From positions 32,001 to 96,000 of the forward strand of contig JBPOGF010000015.1 of NCBI GenBank assembly GCA_051251915.1: 64,000 bases of DNA, read 5' to 3'. Below are positions 51,153 through 61,203 of this stretch, piece by piece. Position numbers and translations under genes: made by a program. The notes below the pieces were generated by a model. It was given only the letters and a program-made list of their open reading frames with translations. It was not told the DNA's origin and searched no databases. The first letter of the stretch is position 1; each line of letters starts with the position of its first letter. Origin of the DNA: Akkermansiaceae bacterium (lineage in GTDB: Bacteria; Verrucomicrobiota; Verrucomicrobiia; Verrucomicrobiales; Akkermansiaceae).

Positions 51153-51868
51153 CGTTGCAAGATCTCAGCTATTTCCTCAAGCGTGATCAACTTCTCTAAG
51201 ATCGCCTCCCTCCCCATCGTCTTCAAATCCATAGCAGGTATCGAATTGCTAAGGTCAAATTTCCCTGACCTAGTCCTTCTGAGCGCTGATAAATGAGCTC
51301 CACAACCCAAGTATTCTCCTATATCAAAAGCGTAAGTTCTCACGTAAAAACCTTTAGAACAATGGACTGTGAAATCAACTTCAGGAAGAGTAACCTGATG
51401 AACCTTATTCTCGGTGATCTTAACCGGACGAGGTGCACGCTCTACCACTTTACCCTGTCTCGCTAACTTATAGAGTCTCACTCCATCCTTTTTGATAGCT
51501 GAAACCATCGGCGGAATTTGCTCAAAATCCCCAATATATTTATCAAAGGCTGTTTGAATTTCATCCGTTGTGAAATCTGGCACCGTCTTCTCTTCCACCA
51601 CGTCACCTTCTGCATCTTGCGAATCAGTTGTGACACCCAATGTCAAAGTCCCGTCATATACCTTATCATCAGACATAAGCATATCCTGTAGCTTGGTCGC
51701 TTTATTGATCAACAGCATCAGCACACCAGTGGCCATAGGATCCAGCGTCCCGCAATGACCTATTTTTTTAATCTTAAGGGCGCCTCGGGCGATGGCTACG
51801 ACATCATGAGATGTCATGTCCTGAGCCTTGTCTATAATGAGCAAGCCGCTAGGTATTTCTGGTTGCAT
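51149..51868 (-). CDS. truB: tRNA pseudouridine(55) synthase
   Basis: KIGHCGTLDPMATG, QIPPMVSAIK, CSKGFYVRT, LRRT; no C-terminal PUA domain. Confidence 0.95.
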   Translation of the reverse strand: MQPEIPSGLLIIDKAQDMTSHDVVAIARGALKIKKIGHCGTLDPMATGVLMLLINKATKLQDMLMSDDKVYDGTLTLGVTTDSQDAEGDVVEEKTVPDFTTDEIQTAFDKYIGDFEQIPPMVSAIKKDGVRLYKLARQGKVVERAPRPVKITENKVHQVTLPEVDFTVHCSKGFYVRTYAFDIGEYLGCGAHLSALRRTRSGKFDLSNSIPAMDLKTMGREAILEKLITLEEIAEILQR

Positions 51869-51875
51869 GATGATT

Positions 51876-52844
51876 TTAAGAAAGGTGTTTAGATACTTCA
51901 CTGATCACAGCACTGCGAGCTTCAGCGATCGGCCCAGCCATTCTGATACCAGCCGCTTTTGCATGACCTCCTCCACCGAAAACCTGTGCTATTTCACAAG
52001 CATCCAGAGAGCCGACCTTAGAACGAATACTTACCCGAATCGAATCATCCATCAATTCTTCAAAAAACAGCGCTACATTAACGCCCTGAATACTACGAAT
52101 CATATCGATCAAGCCCTCGCTGTCATCAGGTTGCAAATTGAGCTCACGTTTAACTGATTTCAAAAGTTGCCAATCTGCAAGTTCTCCATTCGGTGATAGC
52201 TCCAATGTATTCAGTAGAGCTCTTGTCAAGGCAACCCTACGATAAGGAAAACTGTCGTAAGTTAGCTCATTGATTTTGCCAATATTTAATCCCTGCTTCA
52301 CAAGATCAGCAGCCATTTCATAAGTAGTAGCAGTGGTCCCAGAATACTGAAATGAACCAGTATCAGTAGAAACCGCAACATAGATTGAATCACGGGCTTC
52401 ATCTGTGAGAGTAAGCCCACTCTCAGTGATCATCTGATAAAGGATCTGACCAGTGGCTGGTGAATTTGAATCAATATAATTTAAGTCCCCATAGGCCGGA
52501 TTGGATTTATGATGATCAATATTGATCCACAGTTTTGCTTTTGCTACCATTTTAAGTGCATTTTCACCAAGTCTCGGTTTATTTGCACAGTCTACTGCTA
52601 TAGCTACATCCACGTCTAAAACCTCATTAGTTGGCGATATCACTTTATCCGATCCAGGCAGAAAAGCGAGGCTCTCAGGGACTCCATCTTCATTGATATA
52701 AACCACATCTTTACCCATAGTCTCCAATGTTGACCCCAAAGCGATAGTAGAGCCTATAGCATCACCATCTGGTCTAATGTGACTAAGTATAGCGAATCGC
52801 TGGTGCTGGCTAATAGCCGCAATAATTTCTTTAAAAGTATTCAT
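51876..52844 (-). CDS. nrnA: DHH/DHHA1 phosphoesterase (NrnA-like oligoribonuclease/pAp phosphatase)
   Basis: H.RPDGDAIGS, IDHH, TDTGSF, GGGGHAKAAG. Confidence 0.88.
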   Translation of the reverse strand: MNTFKEIIAAISQHQRFAILSHIRPDGDAIGSTIALGSTLETMGKDVVYINEDGVPESLAFLPGSDKVISPTNEVLDVDVAIAVDCANKPRLGENALKMVAKAKLWINIDHHKSNPAYGDLNYIDSNSPATGQILYQMITESGLTLTDEARDSIYVAVSTDTGSFQYSGTTATTYEMAADLVKQGLNIGKINELTYDSFPYRRVALTRALLNTLELSPNGELADWQLLKSVKRELNLQPDDSEGLIDMIRSIQGVNVALFFEELMDDSIRVSIRSKVGSLDACEIAQVFGGGGHAKAAGIRMAGPIAEARSAVISEVSKHLS

Positions 52845-52860
52845 AAAATTTACTTATTAA

Positions 52861-54285
52861 TTAAGTTCTGTCCTCTGCTAAGGCTTGGACTTTCGCTTCT
52901 ACAGCTTCCTTGATAATGATCTCATTTTCAGCCTCGTTCTTTTTGCTCTCCTTGCTGATCGCTACAGCAATCCAGCGGAAATCAGAACTATTATCCATGG
53001 CCACTTTCAGCAGCATAGTGAGCGGAACAGCCATAAGCATACCAATTGGCCCCCAGAGCCATCCCCAGAATAGCACGGAAAGAATGACAACTACAGTGGA
53101 AATCCCAAACCTTCTCCCTAATAAAGTAGGCTCAAGGAAGTTGCCTAGGAAGCCATTAATAATGAGATATCCACCACCTATAATCGCAGCGTCCGGCAAG
53201 CTGCCATTATTCAAGAGCGATAATAATACAGGTGGAATTCCAGCTATCACGGACCCTACCGCTGGTATAAAATTGAGCGCAAACGCTAGGATACCCCAAA
53301 GCAGAGGGAACTCTAACCCCATCTGCCAACAAAGAATTCCCGCCAATAACCCAGTAGCCATACTTATCAGAGTTTTAATCCCGAGGTATTTCTGGATATC
53401 TTTAGTAGCACTAAGCATGCGCTGCAGATTCGGTCCTTGAGCTTCACAAATAGCATTAAACCTGCGGCCAAACATCCGAGCTTCACTGAGCATGAACACA
53501 GTTAGCAGCATAATCACAAATGACGTGCCAATAATCGAAAGTAAATGTCTCAAAGCATCCCTGATCCAATCCAAAATATTTTTTCGGCTAAGCATATCCT
53601 TGAATAACTCACCTAGCTGCTCGATTCCCTTCCCCGGTTTGACTTCTTTAGTCGCAACCACTGGAGCCGATGACACGCCACTCGACTGGTCATCCAGAGA
53701 TTCACCCTTATCCGCATCTCCTCCCTCTACAGGAAGAACTGGAGTTCCTTCATTTCTCGAAATCTCCGCAGGAGCATCTTCTGGAATGATAGCTACGCCA
53801 TCTTTGGCCGGCTCATCTGCGTCTTCAACAACAGAATCGACACCAGTAGTCTCATCCAGAGACTCCTCAGGCACTTCCTTTCCCTTGAGCCCCCACTTCT
53901 CATAAAACTCCGTCGTGAACTCAATAAGTTGGTCAGTTCGTTGCTCAGTGAGTGCTTGGTACTTAGATTCCCACTTACTCTGAAACTCAGTAGTCAAAAC
54001 AATACCAAGAAAAACAACCCCTGTGAGGAATGCGAAATCAACAATCACCGTGATTAAGACAGCAAAAGCACGAGGTACCTTGTGCTCTCTGAGCCAATTA
54101 GTGATAGGAAAACTGATCGTCGCGATGAAGAATGCTAACAAAATAGGCAAAATGAAGTCCGCCGCATATCTCATACCAGCAATAACAATTACCAAAGCCG
54201 CTAAGATTAATATGATCTTAGACCCTTCAGCTGATTTTGCTGATTTCGCAGATTTCTCTACTACTCTGTCTGACTTCAGTTTCAT
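52861..54285 (-). CDS. AI-2E family transporter
   Basis: PILLAFFIA, LNFIPAVGS, LEP.L.G, WGWLWGPIGMLMAVPLT. Confidence 0.9.
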   Translation of the reverse strand: MKLKSDRVVEKSAKSAKSAEGSKIILILAALVIVIAGMRYAADFILPILLAFFIATISFPITNWLREHKVPRAFAVLITVIVDFAFLTGVVFLGIVLTTEFQSKWESKYQALTEQRTDQLIEFTTEFYEKWGLKGKEVPEESLDETTGVDSVVEDADEPAKDGVAIIPEDAPAEISRNEGTPVLPVEGGDADKGESLDDQSSGVSSAPVVATKEVKPGKGIEQLGELFKDMLSRKNILDWIRDALRHLLSIIGTSFVIMLLTVFMLSEARMFGRRFNAICEAQGPNLQRMLSATKDIQKYLGIKTLISMATGLLAGILCWQMGLEFPLLWGILAFALNFIPAVGSVIAGIPPVLLSLLNNGSLPDAAIIGGGYLIINGFLGNFLEPTLLGRRFGISTVVVILSVLFWGWLWGPIGMLMAVPLTMLLKVAMDNSSDFRWIAVAISKESKKNEAENEIIIKEAVEAKVQALAEDRT

Positions 54286-54373
54286 TATACTTGCTTATCG
54301 AGTGAGCGACACTTGCCCGACTCACCACACCTTACATTGATCGCCTAATAATACAAACAATCGTTCACCTCAA

Positions 54374-55084
54374 TTAGGCGATGTTGGTAAATACTGACTG
54401 CACATCTGCATCATCTTCCAGCTTATCAATCATCTCCTCGATTTCTTCTAGTTGAACATCCGTAAATTCCGCCGAGTTGTTAGCTATTCTCTCCAGTCTA
54501 GCCGTTGTAACCTCTAGCCCCAAGTCTTCACAAGCCTTAGAAAGGGTGCCAAAACTAGTGAACTCACCGTAAGCCACAACTTCGTCCCCATCAGTGTCAA
54601 GCTCCTCAAGACCATGATCAATCAATGCCAACTCCACTTCTTCAAGATCCACTTCTTCCGTCTTTTTAAATGCAACCACTGCCTTGCGTGTGAACATAAA
54701 CTCTAGTCCCCCACTATTCATCAGCGCGCCACCAGATTTATTAAAAATTGTTCTAATCTTAGAAAATGTGCGTGTATTATTATCAGTTGCGCACTCAACC
54801 CAAAGCAGCACACCATGTGGCCCCTTCCCTTCATAGTTCACTTCCGCAAAGCTCTCTGAATCCTTAGCCGTAGCACGTTCGATCGCCTTGGAAATATTAT
54901 CCTTCGGCATGTTCTCGTTTTTTGCAGTAGTAATTGCCGCTCGTAACTTAGCGTTGGATTCGGGATCATCTCCCCCCTCTTTCGCTGCCATCGTGATTGC
55001 TGTCGCTAGCTTGGGAAAGAGTTTAGACATCTTGTCCCAACGTTTCTCTTTCGCTCCTCTTCTTATTTCAAATGCTCTGCCCAT
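54374..55084 (-). CDS. YebC/PmpR-family protein
   Basis: MGRAFE, GG.DPESN..LR, NMPKDNI..AI, YEG.GPHG, TDN..RT. Confidence 0.95.
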   Translation of the reverse strand: MGRAFEIRRGAKEKRWDKMSKLFPKLATAITMAAKEGGDDPESNAKLRAAITTAKNENMPKDNISKAIERATAKDSESFAEVNYEGKGPHGVLLWVECATDNNTRTFSKIRTIFNKSGGALMNSGGLEFMFTRKAVVAFKKTEEVDLEEVELALIDHGLEELDTDGDEVVAYGEFTSFGTLSKACEDLGLEVTTARLERIANNSAEFTDVQLEEIEEMIDKLEDDADVQSVFTNIA

Positions 55085-55168
55085 AGTATGTATTGATTAA
55101 TAAACTAATCTACGCACCCACACTGGTGAATATCAAGAACCGATATTGCCTTAATCAGCATTATCCCA

Positions 55169-56641
55169 CTACATCGCATCGAACGCCTCATTGAGGCGCG
55201 TGATCAGATCCTGCCTACCCTCAGTACCCACTGATAGACGAATCAAATTACGCGAAACGCCACAGCTTTCAGCCCACTCAAGTTCATCATAGTGAGCAAG
55301 CATCGTATAAGGACACGCTAGCGAAAACTCAGTGCCAAAACTAGGCCCTTTTGACACACGTAAAATATCGAAAAACTTCGTTACCTTCTTATCATTCTTA
55401 AGCGTGAATGAAAGCAAGCCGCCATAACCACCATGCTCGGTCTTCACATCTTCATAGAAATCTTTAGTTTCAATTGATGGATACCAAACCTGTTGCACCG
55501 CATCATGCTCTTGTAGAAAATCAACAATGCTTTGCGCTGTAGAATTCACCGGCTTCATACGTTCGAAGAACCCCTTAGATCCTTCATCAAGAACCACCGC
55601 ATCTTGAGCATAGAGTCTTGACTGGCTTTCACCACAGTCATCATCAAAGAACGCCTTGAAATCCCCGTAGAAGTTAGAACGCTTCACTAACTGCACCGCA
55701 CCAGCCATCACATTCCCCGAACCTGCAATCCATTTTGTCAGGCTAGATGTCACAATATCCGCATATGGTTTCACATCGACATTGAAAGCACTACAAACTG
55801 TATCATCGATCACCAACGGAACATTCCCAGCATCACAAGCAGCACGCACTTTACTCAAATCAATCATGCGCAACAGTGGATTACTAGGCACTTCACAAAA
55901 TACCGCTGAGAACTCACCTAGGCGAATCCTGTTAAGCGCTTCATCGAATAATTCACCTTCTGAAACTGGAAGAAATACAGCACCAGTACCAAAATTATTT
56001 TGCACCTTTAGAACATCCACATACGGGAAATCTAATTGGAGAGATTTCTTACTAGGCGCAAGCTTCCTTAACACCCTATGCACTGCAAAAACCGCAGACA
56101 TCCCACTCTCATAGAGATAAACGTCGCCCTCATCATAACTTCCGATCTCTTCTAACCTCCTTAATAAATCACCAGAATCATATTTCCACAAACCATCAGA
56201 ATCCAACACGTCCAACGCCTGTCTACTTGAAACCACCTCACCAGAATAACGCCAGTACTCCATACCAACAGCATACTGAGCCACTGGCAGAATAAGTGCC
56301 TGCAAACCTTCGTAACTTGCTATCCTAAGAGCAGCACCAGTCCGTTGCTCCACAAACCTCAATGCCCGCTGAGCCACGTCCTTATTAGGAAAAACGATCA
56401 CCTTTTCACCTTCAACTGCCACATCCTGTTCACACTCTTGGAACAATCTATGTAACGCCGGGTGAATAAAAAATCGAGGGTAGCCACACTGTAATTTAGA
56501 AATTACTTTATCTCGTCCCTCTTCGTAACCGATGACTGAATCCCATGTAGGTAAGCACACTGATACAGCATGTCTATCGTCAGGGATAGGCACACCAAGA
56601 TCTGCTTCATTACAGGCTGGATCTGAGACTAGATTACGCAC
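55169..56641 (-). CDS. PLP-dependent trans-sulfuration enzyme, cystathionine gamma-synthase-like (long form)
   Basis: SGMSA, E.PSNP, IDDT, SLTKW (PLP lysine), GPSFG, LIRLSVG.E; N-terminal HAVSVCLPTW and GYPRFF extension. Confidence 0.8.
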   Translation of the reverse strand: MRNLVSDPACNEADLGVPIPDDRHAVSVCLPTWDSVIGYEEGRDKVISKLQCGYPRFFIHPALHRLFQECEQDVAVEGEKVIVFPNKDVAQRALRFVEQRTGAALRIASYEGLQALILPVAQYAVGMEYWRYSGEVVSSRQALDVLDSDGLWKYDSGDLLRRLEEIGSYDEGDVYLYESGMSAVFAVHRVLRKLAPSKKSLQLDFPYVDVLKVQNNFGTGAVFLPVSEGELFDEALNRIRLGEFSAVFCEVPSNPLLRMIDLSKVRAACDAGNVPLVIDDTVCSAFNVDVKPYADIVTSSLTKWIAGSGNVMAGAVQLVKRSNFYGDFKAFFDDDCGESQSRLYAQDAVVLDEGSKGFFERMKPVNSTAQSIVDFLQEHDAVQQVWYPSIETKDFYEDVKTEHGGYGGLLSFTLKNDKKVTKFFDILRVSKGPSFGTEFSLACPYTMLAHYDELEWAESCGVSRNLIRLSVGTEGRQDLITRLNEAFDAM

Positions 56642-56808
56642 GGCGGAAATACATAGTCATCTGATCAATATATGCAAGCTCGATATTTCGCGAATGCTGG
56701 GATTTCCCGATAGGAAATTTTATCCCACAAATTTCACGATTCACCTTCACAGCCACCCACAATCATGCTAGGTAGTTTCCAGCAATCACTGATCAACATT
56801 TCTAAATT

Positions 56809-57570
56809 ATGGCAAATCTTAATCTAACTCTCAAAGTCTGGCGCCAAGCTAATGCTAATGACAAAGGCACCATTCAAACTTACGATGCGAAAGCAATCCC
56901 TCAAGAAGCTTCATTTCTTGAAATGCTAGACATCGTTAACGAGAGAATCATCGCGGACGGCGCAGACCCTATCCATTTCGACCACGACTGCCGTGAAGGT
57001 ATCTGTGGTACATGCTCACTGACCATCAACGGTGTCCCACACAGCAAAGAAACCGGCATTACTACATGCCAACTTCACATGCGTAAATTCAACGACGGCG
57101 AGACCATCTGGATCGAGCCATTCCGCGCCAAAGCATTCCCGGTGATCAAGGATCTCATCGTAGATCGTGACGCATTTGACCGCATCATGGCAGCAGGTGG
57201 ATACATTGACGTCCGCACTGGCTCAGCTCCAGACGCTAACTCCATGCCTATCGACAAGAAAATTGCTGACGAAGCATTTGATGCAGCAGCGTGTATCGGT
57301 TGTGGCGCATGTGTTGCAGCATGCAAAAATGGCAGCGCAATGCTCTTTGTCTCTGCTAAAGCAGCTCACCTCAATAAACTACCTCAAGGACAACCAGAGA
57401 AAAACAAGCGCACACTTGCCATGGTCAGACAAATGGATGACGAAGGATTCGGCAACTGCACTAACCAATACGAATGCGAAGCCGTCTGCCCTAAAGAGAT
57501 CAGCGCAGACAATATAGCTAAACTCAACAGGGACTTCGCCATCGCTGCCGCCAGAGAAGCTCTTGCATAA
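56809..57570 (+). CDS. sdhB: Succinate dehydrogenase/fumarate reductase Fe-S subunit
   Basis: [10 protein letters not shown]...[24 protein letters not shown]. Confidence 0.93.
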   Translation: MANLNLTLKVWRQANANDKGTIQTYDAKAIPQEASFLEMLDIVNERIIADGADPIHFDHDCREGICGTCSLTINGVPHSKETGITTCQLHMRKFNDGETIWIEPFRAKAFPVIKDLIVDRDAFDRIMAAGGYIDVRTGSAPDANSMPIDKKIADEAFDAAACIGCGACVAACKNGSAMLFVSAKAAHLNKLPQGQPEKNKRTLAMVRQMDDEGFGNCTNQYECEAVCPKEISADNIAKLNRDFAIAAAREALA

Positions 57571-57599
57571 ATCACATCACATTTAGCACAACATTTTTC

Positions 57600-57628
57600 A
57601 AAGCTCAGGTTAACCCCTGAGCTTTTTT
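57600..57628 (+). terminator. Intrinsic terminator after sdhB
   Basis: AAAGCTCAGG/CCTGAGCTTT stem plus T-run. Confidence 0.88.
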
Positions 57629-58172
57629 ATGCCATTTAAGAAAGCGGCGCGACATAGCAAGCCCCTAGAAAACGAACAGGAGCGAGAGCATAGTGATGCG
57701 TGCTTCATCACTGAGCAACTACGCAGTTAGAAATAAAAAACACTCCTCACTCTTCTAAAGGTTAAACACTATCTAAATTTCTTTGTTGTATTCTTGAGCG
57801 CTATAATAACCCATGTTCCAACTATGCCCCCTCAAGTAGTATTATACCTCCAACTCCAACAATAAATAAAAGGTAAAAAGCAAAACGTAATCGCCTATTC
57901 TCCAGTCAGGCTTCGCTCAACGCCAGCGGGATAGCATAGCAGCCCTCCAGGTGCAGCAAAACATTGCATGACATCTTCTCTATACTCCACTTGCCTCACC
58001 AACCTAATGATTGAATTATGTTACAGATTCCCTCCTAACTCATAGTATTCAATGGTGGAACAGACTGAAAGATATCATCTTTTTTACTTTTAGAGCTAAG
58101 ATTGTTCTGCTGTAATGCGTTAGTTATTTAATACGATCAAATTCTGATTAAAAATACCCATATACACACACT

Positions 58173-59636
58173 ATGAGCCTTCACGCACAACTATCACCCG
58201 AAGCCCAAGCTAAGCTCAATGCTCAGAAGAGAAATTCCACCATCTCTTCCATCATTATAGCTCTCCTTGTTTGCGCCCTTCTTGTAGCGATTCTTTTTTA
58301 TATCGCTCTCTCTCCACTCTTTAAAAACACTGAAGAAATGGTCACCTATGCATCAGGATCTGAAGCTGAAGAGAAAATTGTCAAACCTGAGATGAATAAT
58401 GAAGTGGAGAAAAAGCCATCATCTCCATCATCAAGCATGGCAAAAGTCATCGCAGCCAACACACCATCACCCACAGCAGTTCCAGTTCCAGATCAAGTAG
58501 TCACAGAGCCGTCACTTGACTTTGGTGACGGAGATGACTTCGGTGACGGCTGGGGAAGCGGCAGCGGAAATGGAGCCGGTGGAGGAGGTGCCGGATTCGG
58601 CATCCCTGCTTCCATGAAAAAACGTTGCTCTGCTAAAGACCGTATCGAACGACTACTTAAAGAAGGTGGACAAGAAGACTACGAAGATAAAGTAGTCGCG
58701 TCCCTCAGATGGCTTAAGAAAACTCAACAAAAGGATGGCTCATGGAATGCCCAGGGCAAACCAGTAGCCATGACAGGCCTAGCTCTACTCGCCTACCTTG
58801 GCCACTGTGAAACTCCAGCATCATCAGAATTTGGTGAGACCGTCCAGAATGCCATCATGTATCTCATCAGCGTCAGTCAGAAAAATGGAGGCAAACTCGC
58901 TTCCAGCACTGCGGACAAGCACTGGTGCTACGAGCACTCCATCGCCACCTATGCCATGGCTGAAGCCTACACTCTCTGCAAAGAATTTAAAATCCCAATA
59001 CCTAACCTAGAAGAAACTGTGAAAGCTGCAGGCGACTTCATCATCGGCAGCCAACACGAAAGTGGCGGCTGGGATTACGCCTATGATACATCTGGCAAGC
59101 GTGGTGGTGACACGTCCATCGCCTGCTGGCACCTACAAGCAGTCAAAGCATGCAAGACAACTAAAATTGATTTTAACGGCCTAGAAAAATGCGCAAGAAT
59201 TGGGATCGAGTATCTTGACGGCGCCAAAAACGGCAAAGGAACTATCGGCTACAACACCAACGGCAAAAACCTCAAGCATGGTCCCACAATGACCCCAGGT
59301 GGAGCACTCTGTTTCCAGCAATGGGGTAAAGGCAATCGCTCATTCACTCGTAATGCAATCATATGGATCACAGAAAATAGCGAATTCGACTACAAAACAG
59401 AAGCCAACCTCTACATGCACTACTACTCCAGCCAAGCCATGATTAACGCCGGTGGCTCTGCATGGAAAGACTACAACAAAAAAGTCATGATTAACCTCGC
59501 TGACAACCAAAGTGCTGACGGCTCATGGGCTGTCCCTGGTGGCGCTAGAAACCAAATGTCATCCGCTCACTATGCGACCTGTTTATCTACCCTCATGATG
59601 GAAGTTTACTACAGATTCTTACCAAGTTCTGAGTAA
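58173..59636 (+). CDS. Membrane-anchored prenyltransferase/squalene-cyclase-repeat protein (PVC-type)
   Basis: N-terminal TM, Pro/Ser/Gly linker, QW-like repeats QQKDGSW, QHESGGW, QSADGSW, C-terminal EVYYRFLP. Confidence 0.8.
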   Translation: MSLHAQLSPEAQAKLNAQKRNSTISSIIIALLVCALLVAILFYIALSPLFKNTEEMVTYASGSEAEEKIVKPEMNNEVEKKPSSPSSSMAKVIAANTPSPTAVPVPDQVVTEPSLDFGDGDDFGDGWGSGSGNGAGGGGAGFGIPASMKKRCSAKDRIERLLKEGGQEDYEDKVVASLRWLKKTQQKDGSWNAQGKPVAMTGLALLAYLGHCETPASSEFGETVQNAIMYLISVSQKNGGKLASSTADKHWCYEHSIATYAMAEAYTLCKEFKIPIPNLEETVKAAGDFIIGSQHESGGWDYAYDTSGKRGGDTSIACWHLQAVKACKTTKIDFNGLEKCARIGIEYLDGAKNGKGTIGYNTNGKNLKHGPTMTPGGALCFQQWGKGNRSFTRNAIIWITENSEFDYKTEANLYMHYYSSQAMINAGGSAWKDYNKKVMINLADNQSADGSWAVPGGARNQMSSAHYATCLSTLMMEVYYRFLPSSE

Positions 59637-59659
59637 TTACACCCCTTTATAAATAGTTC

Positions 59660-59693
59660 AAAAGAGAGCGGTTTACCTCCCCTCTCTTTTTTT
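59660..59693 (+). terminator. Probable intrinsic terminator
   Basis: AAAAGAGAG...CTCTCTTTT imperfect stem plus T-run. Confidence 0.6.
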
Positions 59694-59749
59694 ATGTCTA
59701 GACTTCATGCTTTATTGACTTTTTGTTCATTTCCACACATACCAATTAC

Positions 59750-60265
59750 ATGTCAACAGCACTACCAGCAAGACCCAGATCCGCACCCACTCATAAATCA
59801 CACATCGCTATCGTAGCGTCGATTTATAACGAACAGTACACAAATGCTCTGCTTCAGAACGCAAAAGAAGAGCTCGCTATCATCCTACCGAATACTCAAC
59901 TCGATGTAGCAAGAGTCCCTGGCGCCTTTGAAATCCCTGTAGCATGTGAACTACTACTCGGTAGTGACAATCCGCCAGACGCAATTATCGCGCTTGGTGT
60001 CATCATTCAAGGACAGACACAACATGCAGGCATGGTAGCAGAAGCAGTGACCAACAGCCTTCAATCGATGGCTATCCGTCATAAAAAACCAGTAATTCAT
60101 GAAGTTTTATTAGTAGAAGATGAAAAGCAAGCATATGCTAGGTGCATGGCTGCTAATCTAAACCGAGGCAGAGAAGCAGCTAGATCAGCCCATACCATGG
60201 TAGAACTTTTCCAAGCAATGAGCCAAGAAAAGGTAAAGAAACACGTCTCATTCGCTAAAAAATAA
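59750..60265 (+). CDS. ribH: 6,7-dimethyl-8-ribityllumazine synthase
   Basis: VPGAFEIP, AIIALGVII.G.T.H, N.G.EAA; ribH-nusB synteny. Confidence 0.93.
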   Translation: MSTALPARPRSAPTHKSHIAIVASIYNEQYTNALLQNAKEELAIILPNTQLDVARVPGAFEIPVACELLLGSDNPPDAIIALGVIIQGQTQHAGMVAEAVTNSLQSMAIRHKKPVIHEVLLVEDEKQAYARCMAANLNRGREAARSAHTMVELFQAMSQEKVKKHVSFAKK

Positions 60266-60267
60266 TT

Positions 60268-61167
60268 ATGTCTAGCCGCAGAGAAATAAGAGAAGCAGCC
60301 ATCCAGTTTCTATATTGTAATGACCTAGAAGAAGGAGCCCCAGCAGACGAAGCATCAGATGCATTCTGGGAACTCCTACTCGAATCAGACTTTTCTAAGC
60401 TTACCAAAGCATCAGTCAAATCTGTCCTTCATCTCAACCAAGGGAGACAGAAGCGTTACGTTAAACTAGTAGAAAAGTCCCCTGAACTTGAGTCACTCAT
60501 CTTCGCTGACCCAAATGCTAAAAAGCTAGGGCGCGCACTCGCTGCGGTCATCAAAAGCGAGAACAAATGGCAAGCATTGATTGATAGCATGTCACGCATC
60601 TACAAGCCACAGAACGAAGAAGTTCAAACTGACCTGTCAGATGTTTTAAACGAGATTTACCTACTCAATAATACCCTCACAGTTCAACGTAAAGCCTGGG
60701 AAGAGCAACTTGCTGACTACCCGCAGTTCAAGGTTAATGCTGAGTCTGTAAACGCCAGCATCGGTGCACTTCAGCGCGTATCCGATCGCATCCATATGGT
60801 GAAGAATCCAACTCTCTTCCCTGCTCACTCAGACGTAGCTCACCTAGTTGCAACTGCCGAGAAAATGAAGTCCATGCGTAACTCAGTTGACCAAAAAGTA
60901 ACTCTAGTTACCGCCAACAAAGACAAAATCGATGAAATGATCCACTCAGTAGTAGAAAACTACGTCCCTGAGAGAATCAACCCAGTAGATAGAGCTATCC
61001 TCAGACTTGGTGCAGCAGAGATCTTATTTGATGATGCTCTCCCCGCACCAGTTTCTATCAACGAAGCCGTTGAAATCGCGCAAAAATTCGCGTCTTCAGA
61101 TTCATCAAAGTTCATCAACGGTATCCTTGATAAGATTGCCAAAACAATCGCACCATCCAACACTTAA
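60268..61167 (+). CDS. nusB: Transcription antitermination factor NusB with a long internal insertion
   Basis: RREIREAAIQFLY at the N-terminus; VDRAILRLG..E, INEAVEIAQKF, FINGILD at the C-terminus. Confidence 0.88.
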   Translation: MSSRREIREAAIQFLYCNDLEEGAPADEASDAFWELLLESDFSKLTKASVKSVLHLNQGRQKRYVKLVEKSPELESLIFADPNAKKLGRALAAVIKSENKWQALIDSMSRIYKPQNEEVQTDLSDVLNEIYLLNNTLTVQRKAWEEQLADYPQFKVNAESVNASIGALQRVSDRIHMVKNPTLFPAHSDVAHLVATAEKMKSMRNSVDQKVTLVTANKDKIDEMIHSVVENYVPERINPVDRAILRLGAAEILFDDALPAPVSINEAVEIAQKFASSDSSKFINGILDKIAKTIAPSNT

Positions 61168-61203
61168 CCAAGTTTCTAATACAGCTAAAACACATCCCAA
61201 GGC

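Noticed and set aside
58173..59636. Squalene-hopene cyclase / hopanoid synthesis gene
   Set aside because: Single barrel, no DxDD motif seen, TM-anchored; fits the PVC repeat family of unknown function
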